Notes: a model not told the origin generated them from the letters alone. Counted from the stretch's first letter, positions 52,131 to 63,788 are shown. The stretch: DNA of 64,000 nt from Eledone cirrhosa (GCA_964016885.1 OZ024743.1:250232001-250296000); one strand, 5' to 3'. Translations and numbers: made by a program.

Positions 52131-55100
52131 TAGAATAATTGAATTAAGACTAGTTCTAAATAGAACTACTGTAACTATAATATCTGCTTATGCATCTCAA
52201 TCTGGTATACCTGATGTTATAAAGGGCAGGTTCTATGAGATGCTAATGCACACTACCTCCCAAATAACCGACAGTGACTACTTAATCATTGCTGGCGATC
52301 TAAACGGTCACGTTGGACAACATAGTGATGGCTATGGGGTTGGAAATAGAAATGAGGAGGGCTTCAGAATCCTGGAATTCTGTGATGCAAATAGCCCCAC
52401 TATCTGTAACACAAACTTCAAAAAACGTGAAAACCACTTGATCACCTATAGATCAGGGGAACACGCCAGCCAGATAGATTATATCCTTACTAGATGACGG
52501 GACAAAATGTCTGTTGTAAACACTAAATCCCTCCCCCGTGAAGAATGCACCTCCCAACATAGCCTAGTAGTTAGTGACCTCATAGTCAGGAATAGACGTA
52601 CTCGACGACAGAGGAGGCCTACCTTGAGGAGAAGAATATGGAAGTTGAAGGACCCCATAGCCAGTGACAAATTTAAAAGCTTATTATTTGATGCCTTTGA
52701 CAATAAGGAAGAGCAATTAGAGACGTGCAATATAGAGGAACAGTGGCAATTCTCGAAAGTGAACCTGCTGAAAGCAACAGATGAAATCTGTGGCTGGAGC
52801 AGACCTATTGGCAGGAGGAGAGTAACTTGGTGGTGGAAGAGACAATCAAGGCCAAAAAGCAGGCTTGAAAAGTATGGCAGGATGGGGGAAGTAGAGAGCA
52901 CTATCAAGTGGCCAGGAGAGAAGCTAGGAGACAAGTGTACCTTGCAAAAAGGGTAGCAGAGGATAGAAAGTTCAAGCATGTTCTGCAACGTGAGGACCAA
53001 AAACGTGAGGTGTTCAGGATTGCTAGACAATGTGTCAAGGAAAACCGTGATATTGTTGGGGAGAAGTGTGTCCGTAATGATAATGGTGTAGTTGCGCTCA
53101 CTGATACTGATAAGAAGATAGCCTGGAAGTGTCACTACAAGAGACTATTAAATGAGGAGAATAAATGGGAAAAAGATAGTCTGCCCCAAATCGATCCAAT
53201 AGAAGGATCAGCGGTGCAAGTTAAAGGTAGTATAATAAGTAAGGCAATCAAAGATATGAAGACAGGCAAAGCAGCTGGGCCTTTGGAGATAGTTGCTGAG
53301 ATGTTGAAGGCATCTGGTATGGTGGGACACACTATGGTCACCCGTATAGTTAACCAAGTAATACAGAATGGGGTCATACCGAAAAACTGGCGTAGCAGCA
53401 TCACCATTAACTGCTACAAGGGTAAAGGGGATGCTCTCTCGAGAGGAAACTATAGAGGCATTAAGTTAGTTGACCAGGTCATGAAAGTCACAGAAGTCAG
53501 AGAGCGAATTGATCTAGATGAAATGCAGTTTGGGTTTGTGTCAGGTAAAAGTACTACAGACGCTCTTTTCCTTGTACGACAACTACAAGAGAAGTATCTA
53601 GCTAAAAGTAAACCCCTCTACTTAGCTTTTGTAGACCTGGAGAAAGCTTTTGACAGAGTCCCCCGCTCCATTATCTGGTGGGCTCTTAGAAAACTAGGTG
53701 TAGATGAATGGCTTGTGAGAGCTATGCAAGCTATGTATAATGAAACAGTCAGTAAGGTTAGAATTAACAATGAATATTGTGAAGAATTTAGTGTAAAAGT
53801 TGGCGTTCATCAAGGCTCTGTCCTTAGCCCCCTCTTATTTATTATTGCCCTTCAGGCTATAACAGAGGAGTTCAAGACTGGCTGCCCATGGGAACTCCTA
53901 TACGCAGATGATCTAACGCTCATAGCTGAATCAATGGCTGAACTAGAGAAGAAATTCGAAACATGGAAGCATGGTCTAGAATCAAAAGCCTTAAAGTTAA
54001 CTTGTCTAAGACTAAAGTTCTAGTTTGTAATAAGGAAAATAGGGCACAGGTGCCCTCAGGGAAATGGCCATGCTCAGTGTGTAGGAAAGGAGTAGGCAGA
54101 AATTCCATTTTATGTCCCAAATGCAAAGTATGGGTACATAAAAGATGTAGTGGGATCACAGGTAAACTATCTAAGAACGTAGACTTTATATGTGGCCAAT
54201 GCTCAGGTGCAATAAGTAGCAAGTGTCCAAAGGATACTAGCTCATTCTATTGCCCAGATGGTTCTATAGAAATAGTAGACACTTTCCGTTACCTGGGTGA
54301 CGAAATCAGCAGTGGTGGAAGGTGTTCTGAAAGTACAGTAGCCAGAGTCAGAATGGGATGGAAAAAGTTCAGAGAGCTTATACCGCTGTTGGCCACAAAA
54401 GGTTTCTCTCAAAAAGTGAAAGGCAGATTGTATGATGCCTGTATATGAACAGCAATGTAACATGGCAGTGAGACATGGGTATTATGTGCAGAGGACCTGC
54501 GTAGACTGGAAAGGAACGCAGCGTGCATGCACCGTTGGATGTGTAATAGTAATATACGTGAGCGGCAAAGCATAAATGAACTAAATAAGTAATTAGGAAT
54601 AAGAGGGATCAGATGCTGTTTACTTGAGAGAAGACTACGTTGGTATGGTCACGTGATGCGCATGAAAGACGACAGCTGCATAAAAAAGTGCAGGGCGATC
54701 AAAATTGATGGTAGTTACGGAGTAGGTAGACCCAAAAAAACCTGGGATGATCTGATAAATTCCGACCTCACACACTTACACCTCTCTAAGACAATGTCAC
54801 TGGACTGAGATCTTTGGCGCTACGCAGTAATACAGAAGACCCACCTTGCCTATGTACAAAGCGAAACGTTCAGTCAGTAGGCACCTCTTAACCAAATATA
54901 CACCCCAATCCACCACCCCTACCCTATCCTCCCACTCCCACCAACAGCACGAGAAAATGAGATCGAGATCGTGTAGGTGTCACGACAAAAAACACATACA
55001 GTCCACGCTGTAATGTGGTTGTGTAGGTAACACGGTAAAAAGTTCTCAGTTCCACACTGTAAATGTGGTTGGTGTTAGGAAGGGCATCCAGCTGTAGAAA

Positions 55101-55197
55101 ACCTGCCAGATAGTCCTATATGAGCGAGACACAGTCACCCGACAAGCCATGCTAGCGTGGAAAATGGATGTTAAACGAAGATGATGATGATGATGAT
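52131..55197 (+). pseudogene. Older RTE LINE copy (sister subfamily of 59458-62967), 5'-truncated, with stops and frameshifts
   Basis: Collinear APE (AGDLNGHVG, QIDYIL), RT (GVHQGSVLSP, YADD) and PHD-like finger, split across ORFs 52066, 52507, 52908 and 53963; (GAT)n tail. Confidence 0.95.
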
Positions 55198-55205
55198 ATA
55201 TATAT

Positions 55206-55267
55206 ACCGTCCAAACCCACGCAAGCGTGGAAGATGGACGTTAAACAATGATGATGATGATGATGAT
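55206..55267 (+). mobile_element. Ultra-short RTE tail insertion
   Basis: ccgtccaaacccacgcaagcgtggaagatggacgttaaac followed by (GAT)n. Confidence 0.8.
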
Positions 55268-55389
55268 ATATATATATATACACATACACGAGCTTATAAA
55301 GCTATATATTTATGAATACAGAATGTGTAACCAAGACTGCACTAATTTGTATAAATGTGCACACACATCTAATATGTGTATGTATGTTG

Positions 55390-56780
55390 TCATCATCATT
55401 TTTACGCCTGGTTTTCCATGTTTGCACGGGTTGGATAAGTCCTTGTCAACACGGCATCTCTCCACTCCTCACAATTCTTTGTCATCTCCTCTGTGAGACT
55501 CAGCAATTTGGGGTCAGCTCTCACCATATCTGCCCAGGTCTTTCTTGGTCTACCTCTACTGTGGCTTCCTTCTACTGACATTTCCTGGCACATCTTCACC
55601 CATCAATCATCGCCCATGTGCATCACATGCCCGTAACAACACAGTCTTCTCACAGTTTCTGTCGAAGTTCATCCAAGCCCCTTCCTTTCTTTCACATTTA
55701 CATTGCACATCCAGCGAAACATGGCTGCTTCATTTTTCTCCAGTTTACACAGGTCTTCTGCAGCCACAGCCCATGTTTCACTACCATGTAGCATCACACT
55801 TCACACACAGGCATCATACAGTCGTCCTTTTGTATAAATAGCAGAAGGTATCAACCACTTCTATGGATCCTTCCTGTGACTTGAAGTGGTTCATAATACT
55901 ACTGCTGTTCCTCTCGATCACTCCTGTGCATCTTCTACATACAAAGTCTTCCTTCCCTGTTAGTCTACCAATTATCCTACTACAACTCTTGTTTACCCAA
56001 GATTTACATTGTGTACATTGTATGGAGTTTATGCCTACTCCATTTCTACATATGGAGCAGCGCCACTTCCTCTAAGGGATCGAGATCCTGTCGTCTTTCC
56101 TATTCGCTTGTACTTTAGTTTTGGCTAAATTTACTATCAGATCTTTTGATAGTCGGAACTTATTTTTTATTTCTTTTATGTGTTCAGCTTTAAGGACCAA
56201 ATCATCGGCACAGAGAATTTCCCATGGACTGCCAGTTTTAAACTCCTTTGTTATAACTTGGAGAACTATGATAAACTCCTACTCAAACTTGGAGAGCCCT
56301 GATAAACTCCTACTTTAACTTTGAATTCCTCACTAAACTCACTTTACTGACAGCTCCTCTGGTCTCTTTCATCAGTACCTGAAGTTGCCTGTAAAAGCCG
56401 CTCATAAAACCTGACCTTTTGGTTTTTACTCCGTCCTGTCTGTGGAGCAAAAGTAGGTGTAACAGTCCCTATTCTAATGATCATTCTGTCACTTATTCTA
56501 ACTACCTCTATCACCTTATCATTTTTTCAGCTTGTAAGATGCCTCCACCTCCTACCCAGTAGAGTCTAACTCTGCTGTTTTCCTGTGATTAATCTTGCCG
56601 AGCCACCCCTCCATTTCACTTCTTGTACACAGCATACATCTACTTCTCTCAAACAATTCCACAATTTCACCTGATTTACTTTTCAGGGTACCAACATTGA
56701 GCGTGGCAATCCTGGGATTTGTACCTTGACAGTTGTTATTACTTCCATGAGTAGAAGTTCTATGTATCTGAAAGGTAAAA
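55390..56780 (-). pseudogene. Ancient RTE copy with multiple internal deletions
   Basis: Fragments RIATLNVGTLKSK, FKTGSPWEILCADD, PHD remnants and RGRPRKTW. Confidence 0.85.
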
Positions 56781-57011
56781 AGTTTGTGCAAATTGCTTGA
56801 GGACAGTCGAGGGGTTCTTGCACATGACTATTGTTTAGGTGTTTCTGGCTGGATGCCCTTCCTATCACCAACAACTTTATAGCATGGACTGGGTGCACTA
56901 TTTGTGCTACCAGCACTAGAGAGATTGTCTTACTGGACTCAAGAGTTTTCTCCATAGTGAGTTGCCTTCACTAGAGCTTATGGAAGCCTATGTCTGCTCC
57001 GTGCACTCATT

Positions 57012-57190
57012 ATTAATCGGTAGAGAGTCGGACGCCATGCTTTGACGAATAGAGTTACAGCCCTTGCCATTCTGAGTTCAAATCCCGCCGAGGTTAACTT
57101 TGTCTTTCATCCTTACGGGGTCGATAAAATAAAGTACCAGTAATGCACTGGGTAATTGCTGGCCTTGTGCCTAAAGTAGAAACAATTATT
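57012..57190 (+). mobile_element. SINE family B
   Basis: gagttcaaatcccgccgaggttaac..tttcatccttacggggtcgataaaataaagtacc..gtagaaacaattatt. Confidence 0.88.
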
Positions 57191-57468
57191 AATCAGTATC
57201 ACTGCCTTCACTATGGCTTACGGAGTCTACGTCTGCCCCATGCAATTGTTTTTAATCGGAGTCACTGCCCTCATAGACATGTGCCTTCACTATAGCTTGT
57301 GGAGTCAACATCTTCCCTATAATTATAATCTTACTTTACTTGGGGTAACAGCAGTCCATAGAGTAGCAATCAACCTTCGTGATGTAACAGGATAAGTGAA
57401 GAAAGCAATGGGTGGGAAGGTTGTAGAAATGAGGTAGGGTGCAAGACATTTTCAGCTAGAACAGCTAA

Positions 57469-57501
<33 letters not shown>

Positions 57502-57553
57502 TATATATAGATATGTGTGTGTATGTATATATATTTATATATATATATGATTA

Positions 57554-57593
<40 letters not shown>

Positions 57594-57762
57594 TATTTAT
57601 ATATATATATATATATATATACATAAATATATATATATATATATCATCATCATCATCATCATCATCACCGTTTTACATCCGTTCTTCCACGCTAGCATGG
57701 GTTAGACATATATATATATATTTATATTTATATATATATTTATATATTTATATATATTTATA

Positions 57763-57818
<56 letters not shown>

Positions 57819-57879
57819 CCACCCTTGCAAGCAGGGAAAAGCGGATGTAAAATGATGATGATGATGATATGTGTGTGTG

Positions 57880-57933
<54 letters not shown>

Positions 57934-58254
57934 CACGTATTAAATACACACAGATTGTTAAAGCAATCAGTGAATGTACTGAAACACCTGCAAAGAGAGA
58001 TTTAGTATGTATATATCAATATATAGTGATAGGTAGATGTGTATAAAGAGAGATACATAGAAACTGTTTCTAAGATTAACTTTTACCTTTTAAAGTAAGA
58101 TGGATCTACATATATAATATAATTTTCTTTGATATTCATAATCTCATTTAATACTTAAGCCTATGAAGAGGGGAGGAGGAGGAGGAGGAGGAGGAGAGCT
58201 TATCAACTGGCTTTTACAGAAATGTATGGAGTTTTAGTTATACCATTCTATACA

Positions 58255-58820
58255 TCTATATACTGTTATATAGAGAAACATGATGTTATACATGGTTACG
58301 TAGAGTTATACATGGTTACATAGAGTTATACATGGTTACATAGAGTTATACATGGTTATAGACAGTTATAGAGCTGATCATTGTTATATAGAACAATAAA
58401 GGGTTATAAAGTTATATAGAGTTCTATAGTGTTATATACAGTTAGATAAGATTATTCACTGCTATATAAAGTTATACTTGATTATATGGTGTTATACGCT
58501 GTTATATAGAGGTATATAGAGTTAATTGCTGTTATGTATAGTTACAGAGGGCTTTATAGAGTTTTAAAGGGTTATACAGTGTTATATAGAGTTATGCTCT
58601 GTTATAGAGTGTTATGCACTGTTATACAGCACTGGACACAGTTTTATATAACTATATATACAGAGCTATAACCTATTATATACAGAGCTATATAGAGGTA
58701 TACACTGTTATACATATATCTATATATAATTATACACTGTTATACAGCACTGGACACAGTTATATACAGTTATACATTGTTATAAACACTGTTATATAGA
58801 GTTATATAGTTATACAGAAT
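58255..58820. repeat. Minisatellite built on a 10/20-bp gttatataga / gttatacatg unit
   Basis: gttatacatggttacataga repeated about four times at 58285-58365, degenerating rightwards. Confidence 0.85.
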
Positions 58821-58859
58821 AATTAATAGTCATCTCTTTGTTATTGCTGGACATCCATC

Positions 58860-59162
58860 AATTTCAATAACCACCATTCTTGTTGTTTGATAAATTTGAC
58901 AGCCTGCTCATGAAATAATTGGTTAAATGGCTGAGCATTCTATGGACATGTGTACCCTTAACGTAGTTCTCATGGAGATTCTGCATGAGATAGTGTATGG
59001 CAAGACTGATCTTTTGAATTAGAGACACAACACATTTTTGCCAGTTAAGTAGACTAGAGCAATGTGATATAAAGTTTCTTGCTCAAGGACACAACACACT
59101 GATGGAAATCAAATTCCCAACCTTTCAGTTGTAAGCCAAACACTTTAATTGAGGCATGTGTC
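58860..59162 (-). mobile_element. Older SINE related to family A
   Basis: gagcaatgtga.ataaagt..cttgctcaagga.acaacac body and a decayed head. Confidence 0.7.
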
Positions 59163-59249
59163 TTTATAGAATTGTATATATTTATAGAGAGGGTTATTCA
59201 GAGTTGTAGCTGGGCAGTCAATAAAAGTGTATAAGCAAGAATAAGTTTG

Positions 59250-59310
<61 letters not shown>

Positions 59311-59457
59311 TACTGTGTGTGTGTATATGTAAGATGTAGGAATGGTTGCGCTGTTAAGGAATTCATTTTGCATCCACATAGTACCCTTCTATAATAGCCT
59401 CAGGTTGACTAATGCCATGTGTGGTAAACTTTCAAGTGTTTGTTGGTTTATATATAT

Positions 59458-62400
59458 CATCATCATCATCATCATCAACGTTTAACGTCCGTGTTCCACG
59501 CTTGCATGGGTTTGGACGGGGGTAGTCCCACTTGAGGCAAGAGTGATTGTCTTGCTCGCATAGGACTGTCTGGCAGGTTTTCTACAGTTGGATGCCCTTC
59601 CTAACACCAACCACATTTACAGTGTGGGTCTGGGAGGTTTTTACCGTGTTGCCTACACGGCCACATTACAGCGTGGACTGTGTGTTTTTTGTCGTGACAC
59701 CTACACGATCTCATTTGTTTCGGCCTGGATGGCGCGGCACCAACATAACTTTACATAGAACGGGGTGGTGTGGATGGGGTGGGGGTGGCGGCGGGAGGGG
59801 TGTATTTTGTTAGAGATGCCTACTGGCAAGGCGGGTCTTCTCTGTTACTGAGTACCGCCAAAGGTCACGGTCCAGTGACATTGTCTTGGAGAGGTGTAAG
59901 TGTGTGAGGTCGGAGTTTATCAGCTCATCCCATGTTTTTCTAGGTCTGCCTATTCCGTGGCTACCGTCTATCTTTATTGCCCTGCACTTTGTAATACAGC
60001 TATCGACTTTCATGCGCATCACGTGTCCATACCAACGCAGCCTTCTCTCGAGTAAACAACATCTGATCCCTCTTATCTCTAATTTTTTCCTTAGTTCGTT
60101 TATGCTTTGCCGTTCACGTATATTACTGTTACACATCCAGCGGAGCATGCAAGCTTCGTTCCTCTCTAGTCTGCGTATATCCTCTGCACACAATGCCCAG
60201 GTCTCACTACCATGCAACATTGCTGTTCGTATGCAGGCATCGTACAACCTGCCTTTCATTTTTAGGGAGAACCCTTTAGCAGCTAATAGTGGTATAAGCT
60301 CTCTGAACTTTTTCCAACCAGTTCTGACTCTAGCTACAGTACTTTCAGAGCACCCTCCCCCACTGCTGATTTTATCGCCCAGGTAACGGAAGCTGTCCAC
60401 TATTTCTATAAAACCCTCTGCGCAATTGAAAGAGCTAGTATTTTGTGGGCACTTGCTGCTACTTATTGCACCAGAACACCGGCCACATGTAAAGTCTATG
60501 TTCTTAGTTAGCTTACCTGTGATCCCACTACATCTTTTATGCACCCATACTTTGCATTTAGGACATAAGATGGAGTTTCTACCTACGCCTTTCCTACATA
60601 CCGAGCACGACCATTTCCCAGAAGGGACCGCCGCCTTGTTTTCTTTCCTACAAACTAGAACTTTGGTCTTAGCCAGGTTAATTTTAAGTCCTTTTGACTC
60701 TAGGCCGTGCTTCCATGTTTGGAATTTCTTCTCTAGCTCGGCCATTGATTCCGCTATGAGTGTCAGGTCGTCTGCGTATAGGAGTTCCCATGGGCAGCCT
60801 GTCTTGAACTCCTCTGTTATAGCCTGAAGGGCAATAATAAATAGTAGGGGGCTGAGAACAGAGCCCTGATGGACGCCAACTTTTACGCTAAACTCTTCAC
60901 TATATTCGTTGTTAATTCTAACCTTGCTGACTGTTTCTTTATACATGGCTTGTATAGCCCTCACAAGCCATTCGTCAACGCCTAGTTTTCTAAGAGCCCA
61001 CCAGATAATGGAGCGGGGGACTCTGTCGAAGGCTTTCTCCAGGTCGACAAAAGCTAAGTAGAGGGGTTTACCTTTAGCTAGGTACTTCTCCTGTAGTTGT
61101 CGTACTATGAAAAGAGCGTCTGTGGTGCTTTTGCCTGACACAAACCCGAACTGCATTTCATCTAGATCAATTCTCTCTCTGATTAGTTGCGCTATTACTT
61201 TTTCTGTGACCTTCATGACCTGGTCGATTAATTTAATGCCTCTATAGTTACTCCTATCTAGGGCGTCTCCTTTACCCTTATAACAGTTAACGATGATGCT
61301 GCTATGCCAGTCCTTCGGAACAACCCCATTCTGTACGACTTGGTTAACTATGCGGGTGACCATGGTGTGTCCCACCGTGCCAGATGCCTTCAGCATCTCA
61401 GCAACTATTTCCGAAGGCCCAGCCGCCTTACCAGTCTTCATATCCTTGATTGCCTTACTTATTATACTCCCCTCGACTAACACTGCTGGTCCCTCTATCG
61501 GGTCGATATGGGGGAGACTGTCTTTCTCCCATTTATTCTCCTCATTTAGTAGCCTTTCATAGTGACACTTCCAAGCTACCTTCTTATCAGTGTCGGTGAT
61601 GGCAAGTATGCCATCATCGTTAAGTACACACTTCTCCCCGACAATATCACGGTTTTCCTTGACGCATTGCCTGGCAATCCTGAACACCTCACGTTTTTGG
61701 TCATCGCGTTGTAGAACATGCTTGAACTTTCTTTCCTCAGCTTCCCTTCTTGCTAAGTACACTTCTCTCCTAGCTTCCCTCCTGGCCACTTGATAGTCTA
61801 CTCTACTTCCCCCATCCCGCCATACTTTCCAAGCCTGCTTTTTGGCCTTAATTGACCCCTCCACCTTACTGTTCCACCACCATGTTACTCTCCTCCTGCC
61901 TACAGGCCTGCTCCAGCCACAGACTTCGTCTGTCGCCAACAGCAGGTTTGCTTTCAGAAATTTCCACTGTCCCTCTATATTGTCCGATTCTAGATGCTCT
62001 TCCTTACTGTCGAAAGCATCAAGTAATATGCTTTGAAATTTATTTCTGGCTGTGGGGTCCTTTAGTTTCCATATTTTCCTCCTGAGGATAGTCCTCTTCT
62101 GCTGTCGGGTGCGTCTCGTCCTGACTATGAGGTCGCTAATTATCAGTCTATGTTGGGAGGTGCATTCTTCATGGGGGAGGGATTTAGTGTTTACAACAGA
62201 CACTCTGTCACGTCTTCTGGTAAGGATATAATCTACCTGGCTTGTGTGTTCCCCGGATCTATAGGTAATCAGGTGATTGTCACGTTTTTTGAAGTTAGTG
62301 TTACAGATAGTTAGGTTATTTGCATCACAGTATTCCAGAATTCTGGAGCCTTCCTCATTTCTAGTACCAAACCCATAGCCTCCATGGATTTCGTCATAGC

Positions 62401-62967
62401 CGTCACAATGTTGTCCAACGTGACCATTTAGGTCGCCTGCAATAATTATATAGTCACTGTCAGATATTTGGGAGGTAGTTAGCAACAGTGTCTCATAGAA
62501 TCTGTCTTTTATAGTGCCGGGCAGTCCGGATTGGGGTGCGTACGCAGATATTACTGTCACCGTAGTTCTATTGAGGACAAGTCTTATTTTAATTATTCTG
62601 TCGTTCACTCTATTTACGTCTATTATCTTATCTGCCCACTTTTCTGCTACCATGATTCCTACTCCACCCAGCCCATCGTCGTTTCCCACCCAGAAAAGCT
62701 TATAACATCGTTTTTTACCCTCAATGAATCTAGCAGACCCACCCCTCCACCTGGTCTCTTGAATACAACAAACATCGACCTCCTTACGTTCAAGCATTTC
62801 TACAACCTCGTTAGCGCGACCCTTTAGGGTGCCTACATTTATGGTACCAACTCTGAAGTTTTGGGTTGCGTTTGGAGGGTGGAGGTGGTGGGGGGCGGGA
62901 GGAGATAGGGTTATGTTAGCCATCCGCGGACGAAACAAAGAGGAGTGCTCGCATTCTCGTCCACGAG
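59458..62967 (-). mobile_element. Apparently intact RTE-clade LINE inserted in (TA)n
   Basis: Uninterrupted ORF, ~350-nt 3' UTR ending in (GAT)n, TA runs at both boundaries, and near-identical truncated copies at 1, 42092 and 51129. Confidence 0.96.
59810..62923 (-). CDS. RTE ORF (1037 aa from MANITLSP): APE endonuclease, reverse transcriptase and PHD-type zinc finger
   Basis: GTINVGTL, IQETRW, AGDLNGHVG, QVDYIL, SQH; NYRGIKL, FVDLEKAFD, GVHQGSVLSP, YADD; C4HC3 finger; RYLG, RGRP-like GRPRKTW. Confidence 0.95.
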   Translation of the reverse strand: MANITLSPPAPHHLHPPNATQNFRVGTINVGTLKGRANEVVEMLERKEVDVCCIQETRWRGGSARFIEGKKRCYKLFWVGNDDGLGGVGIMVAEKWADKIIDVNRVNDRIIKIRLVLNRTTVTVISAYAPQSGLPGTIKDRFYETLLLTTSQISDSDYIIIAGDLNGHVGQHCDGYDEIHGGYGFGTRNEEGSRILEYCDANNLTICNTNFKKRDNHLITYRSGEHTSQVDYILTRRRDRVSVVNTKSLPHEECTSQHRLIISDLIVRTRRTRQQKRTILRRKIWKLKDPTARNKFQSILLDAFDSKEEHLESDNIEGQWKFLKANLLLATDEVCGWSRPVGRRRVTWWWNSKVEGSIKAKKQAWKVWRDGGSRVDYQVARREARREVYLARREAEERKFKHVLQRDDQKREVFRIARQCVKENRDIVGEKCVLNDDGILAITDTDKKVAWKCHYERLLNEENKWEKDSLPHIDPIEGPAVLVEGSIISKAIKDMKTGKAAGPSEIVAEMLKASGTVGHTMVTRIVNQVVQNGVVPKDWHSSIIVNCYKGKGDALDRSNYRGIKLIDQVMKVTEKVIAQLIRERIDLDEMQFGFVSGKSTTDALFIVRQLQEKYLAKGKPLYLAFVDLEKAFDRVPRSIIWWALRKLGVDEWLVRAIQAMYKETVSKVRINNEYSEEFSVKVGVHQGSVLSPLLFIIALQAITEEFKTGCPWELLYADDLTLIAESMAELEKKFQTWKHGLESKGLKINLAKTKVLVCRKENKAAVPSGKWSCSVCRKGVGRNSILCPKCKVWVHKRCSGITGKLTKNIDFTCGRCSGAISSSKCPQNTSSFNCAEGFIEIVDSFRYLGDKISSGGGCSESTVARVRTGWKKFRELIPLLAAKGFSLKMKGRLYDACIRTAMLHGSETWALCAEDIRRLERNEACMLRWMCNSNIRERQSINELRKKLEIRGIRCCLLERRLRWYGHVMRMKVDSCITKCRAIKIDGSHGIGRPRKTWDELINSDLTHLHLSKTMSLDRDLWRYSVTEKTRLASRHL

Positions 62968-62993
62968 TATATATATATATATATATATATATA

Positions 62994-63199
62994 CAAAGTT
63001 TTCCCTGAGTTGGTTTTTTCGTTGTTCTGGTCCTGGCGGCTTGCTTTTCGGTCACTGGCTTCAAATTTGCATAGCTGTTTAAATGTAATGTTATAACTCT
63101 AAGGTAAATTCCTTATTGAGTGCTTTTGGCTGCACTTCCCGACAGCATTCATTAGCCTGCCTGCAATCAGAGCTTCGAGTATGCTGTACTACCTTCTTG
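62994..63199 (+). mobile_element. Tail-only fragment of the fold-back family
   Basis: ACTC-TAAGG-TAAATT-CCTTA-TT-GAGT at 63096-63121; TA runs on both sides. Confidence 0.55.
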
Positions 63200-63226
63200 T
63201 ATATATTTATATATATATACATATAT

Positions 63227-63561
63227 GCTTAGTGGTTAGAGCATTGGCCTTGCAATCAAAAGGTTGTGAGTTCAATTCTCAGACCGGGTGATGTGTTGTT
63301 TCCTTGAGCAAGGCACTTTATTTCACATTGCTCCAGTTTACTCAGCTGTAGAAATGAGATGATAGGGATTGGGGTCCCTATCATTCCACTGCAAAGTGGT
63401 CGTGGAGGTGCCACGGCAAAAAAGCACCCAGCACTCACTGTAAATGAGGTTGGTGTTAGGAAGGGCATCCAGCTGTAGAAATCAAGCCAGAATCAGTTCC
63501 CGTCCCACCCTTGCAAGCAGGGAAAAGTGGACGTAAATGAGATGATGATGATGATGATGAT
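63227..63561 (+). mobile_element. SINE family A, missing the first ~11 nt
   Basis: Matches 8742-9055; (GAT)n tail. Confidence 0.92.
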
Positions 63562-63788
63562 TATATATATGTATTATATATATATATGTGTGTATATTAT
63601 ATATTATATTTATTATTACTACTATTATTATTATTACTATTATATATTATATATATATATATATATATTTTATTATATATATATATAATATATATATAAT
63701 ATATATATATATATTATATATATATATATATATATTATTATTACTATATATATTATATATATATATATATATATTACATATATATAAG

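Noticed and set aside
59886-62827. Plus-strand ORFs antisense to the RTE ORF
   Set aside because: Shadow frames of the coding strand with no motifs.
62924-63064. N-terminal 47 aa of the 1084-aa ORF
   Set aside because: Reads through the flanking (TA)n target into a separate insertion; the plausible start is the ATG at 62923.
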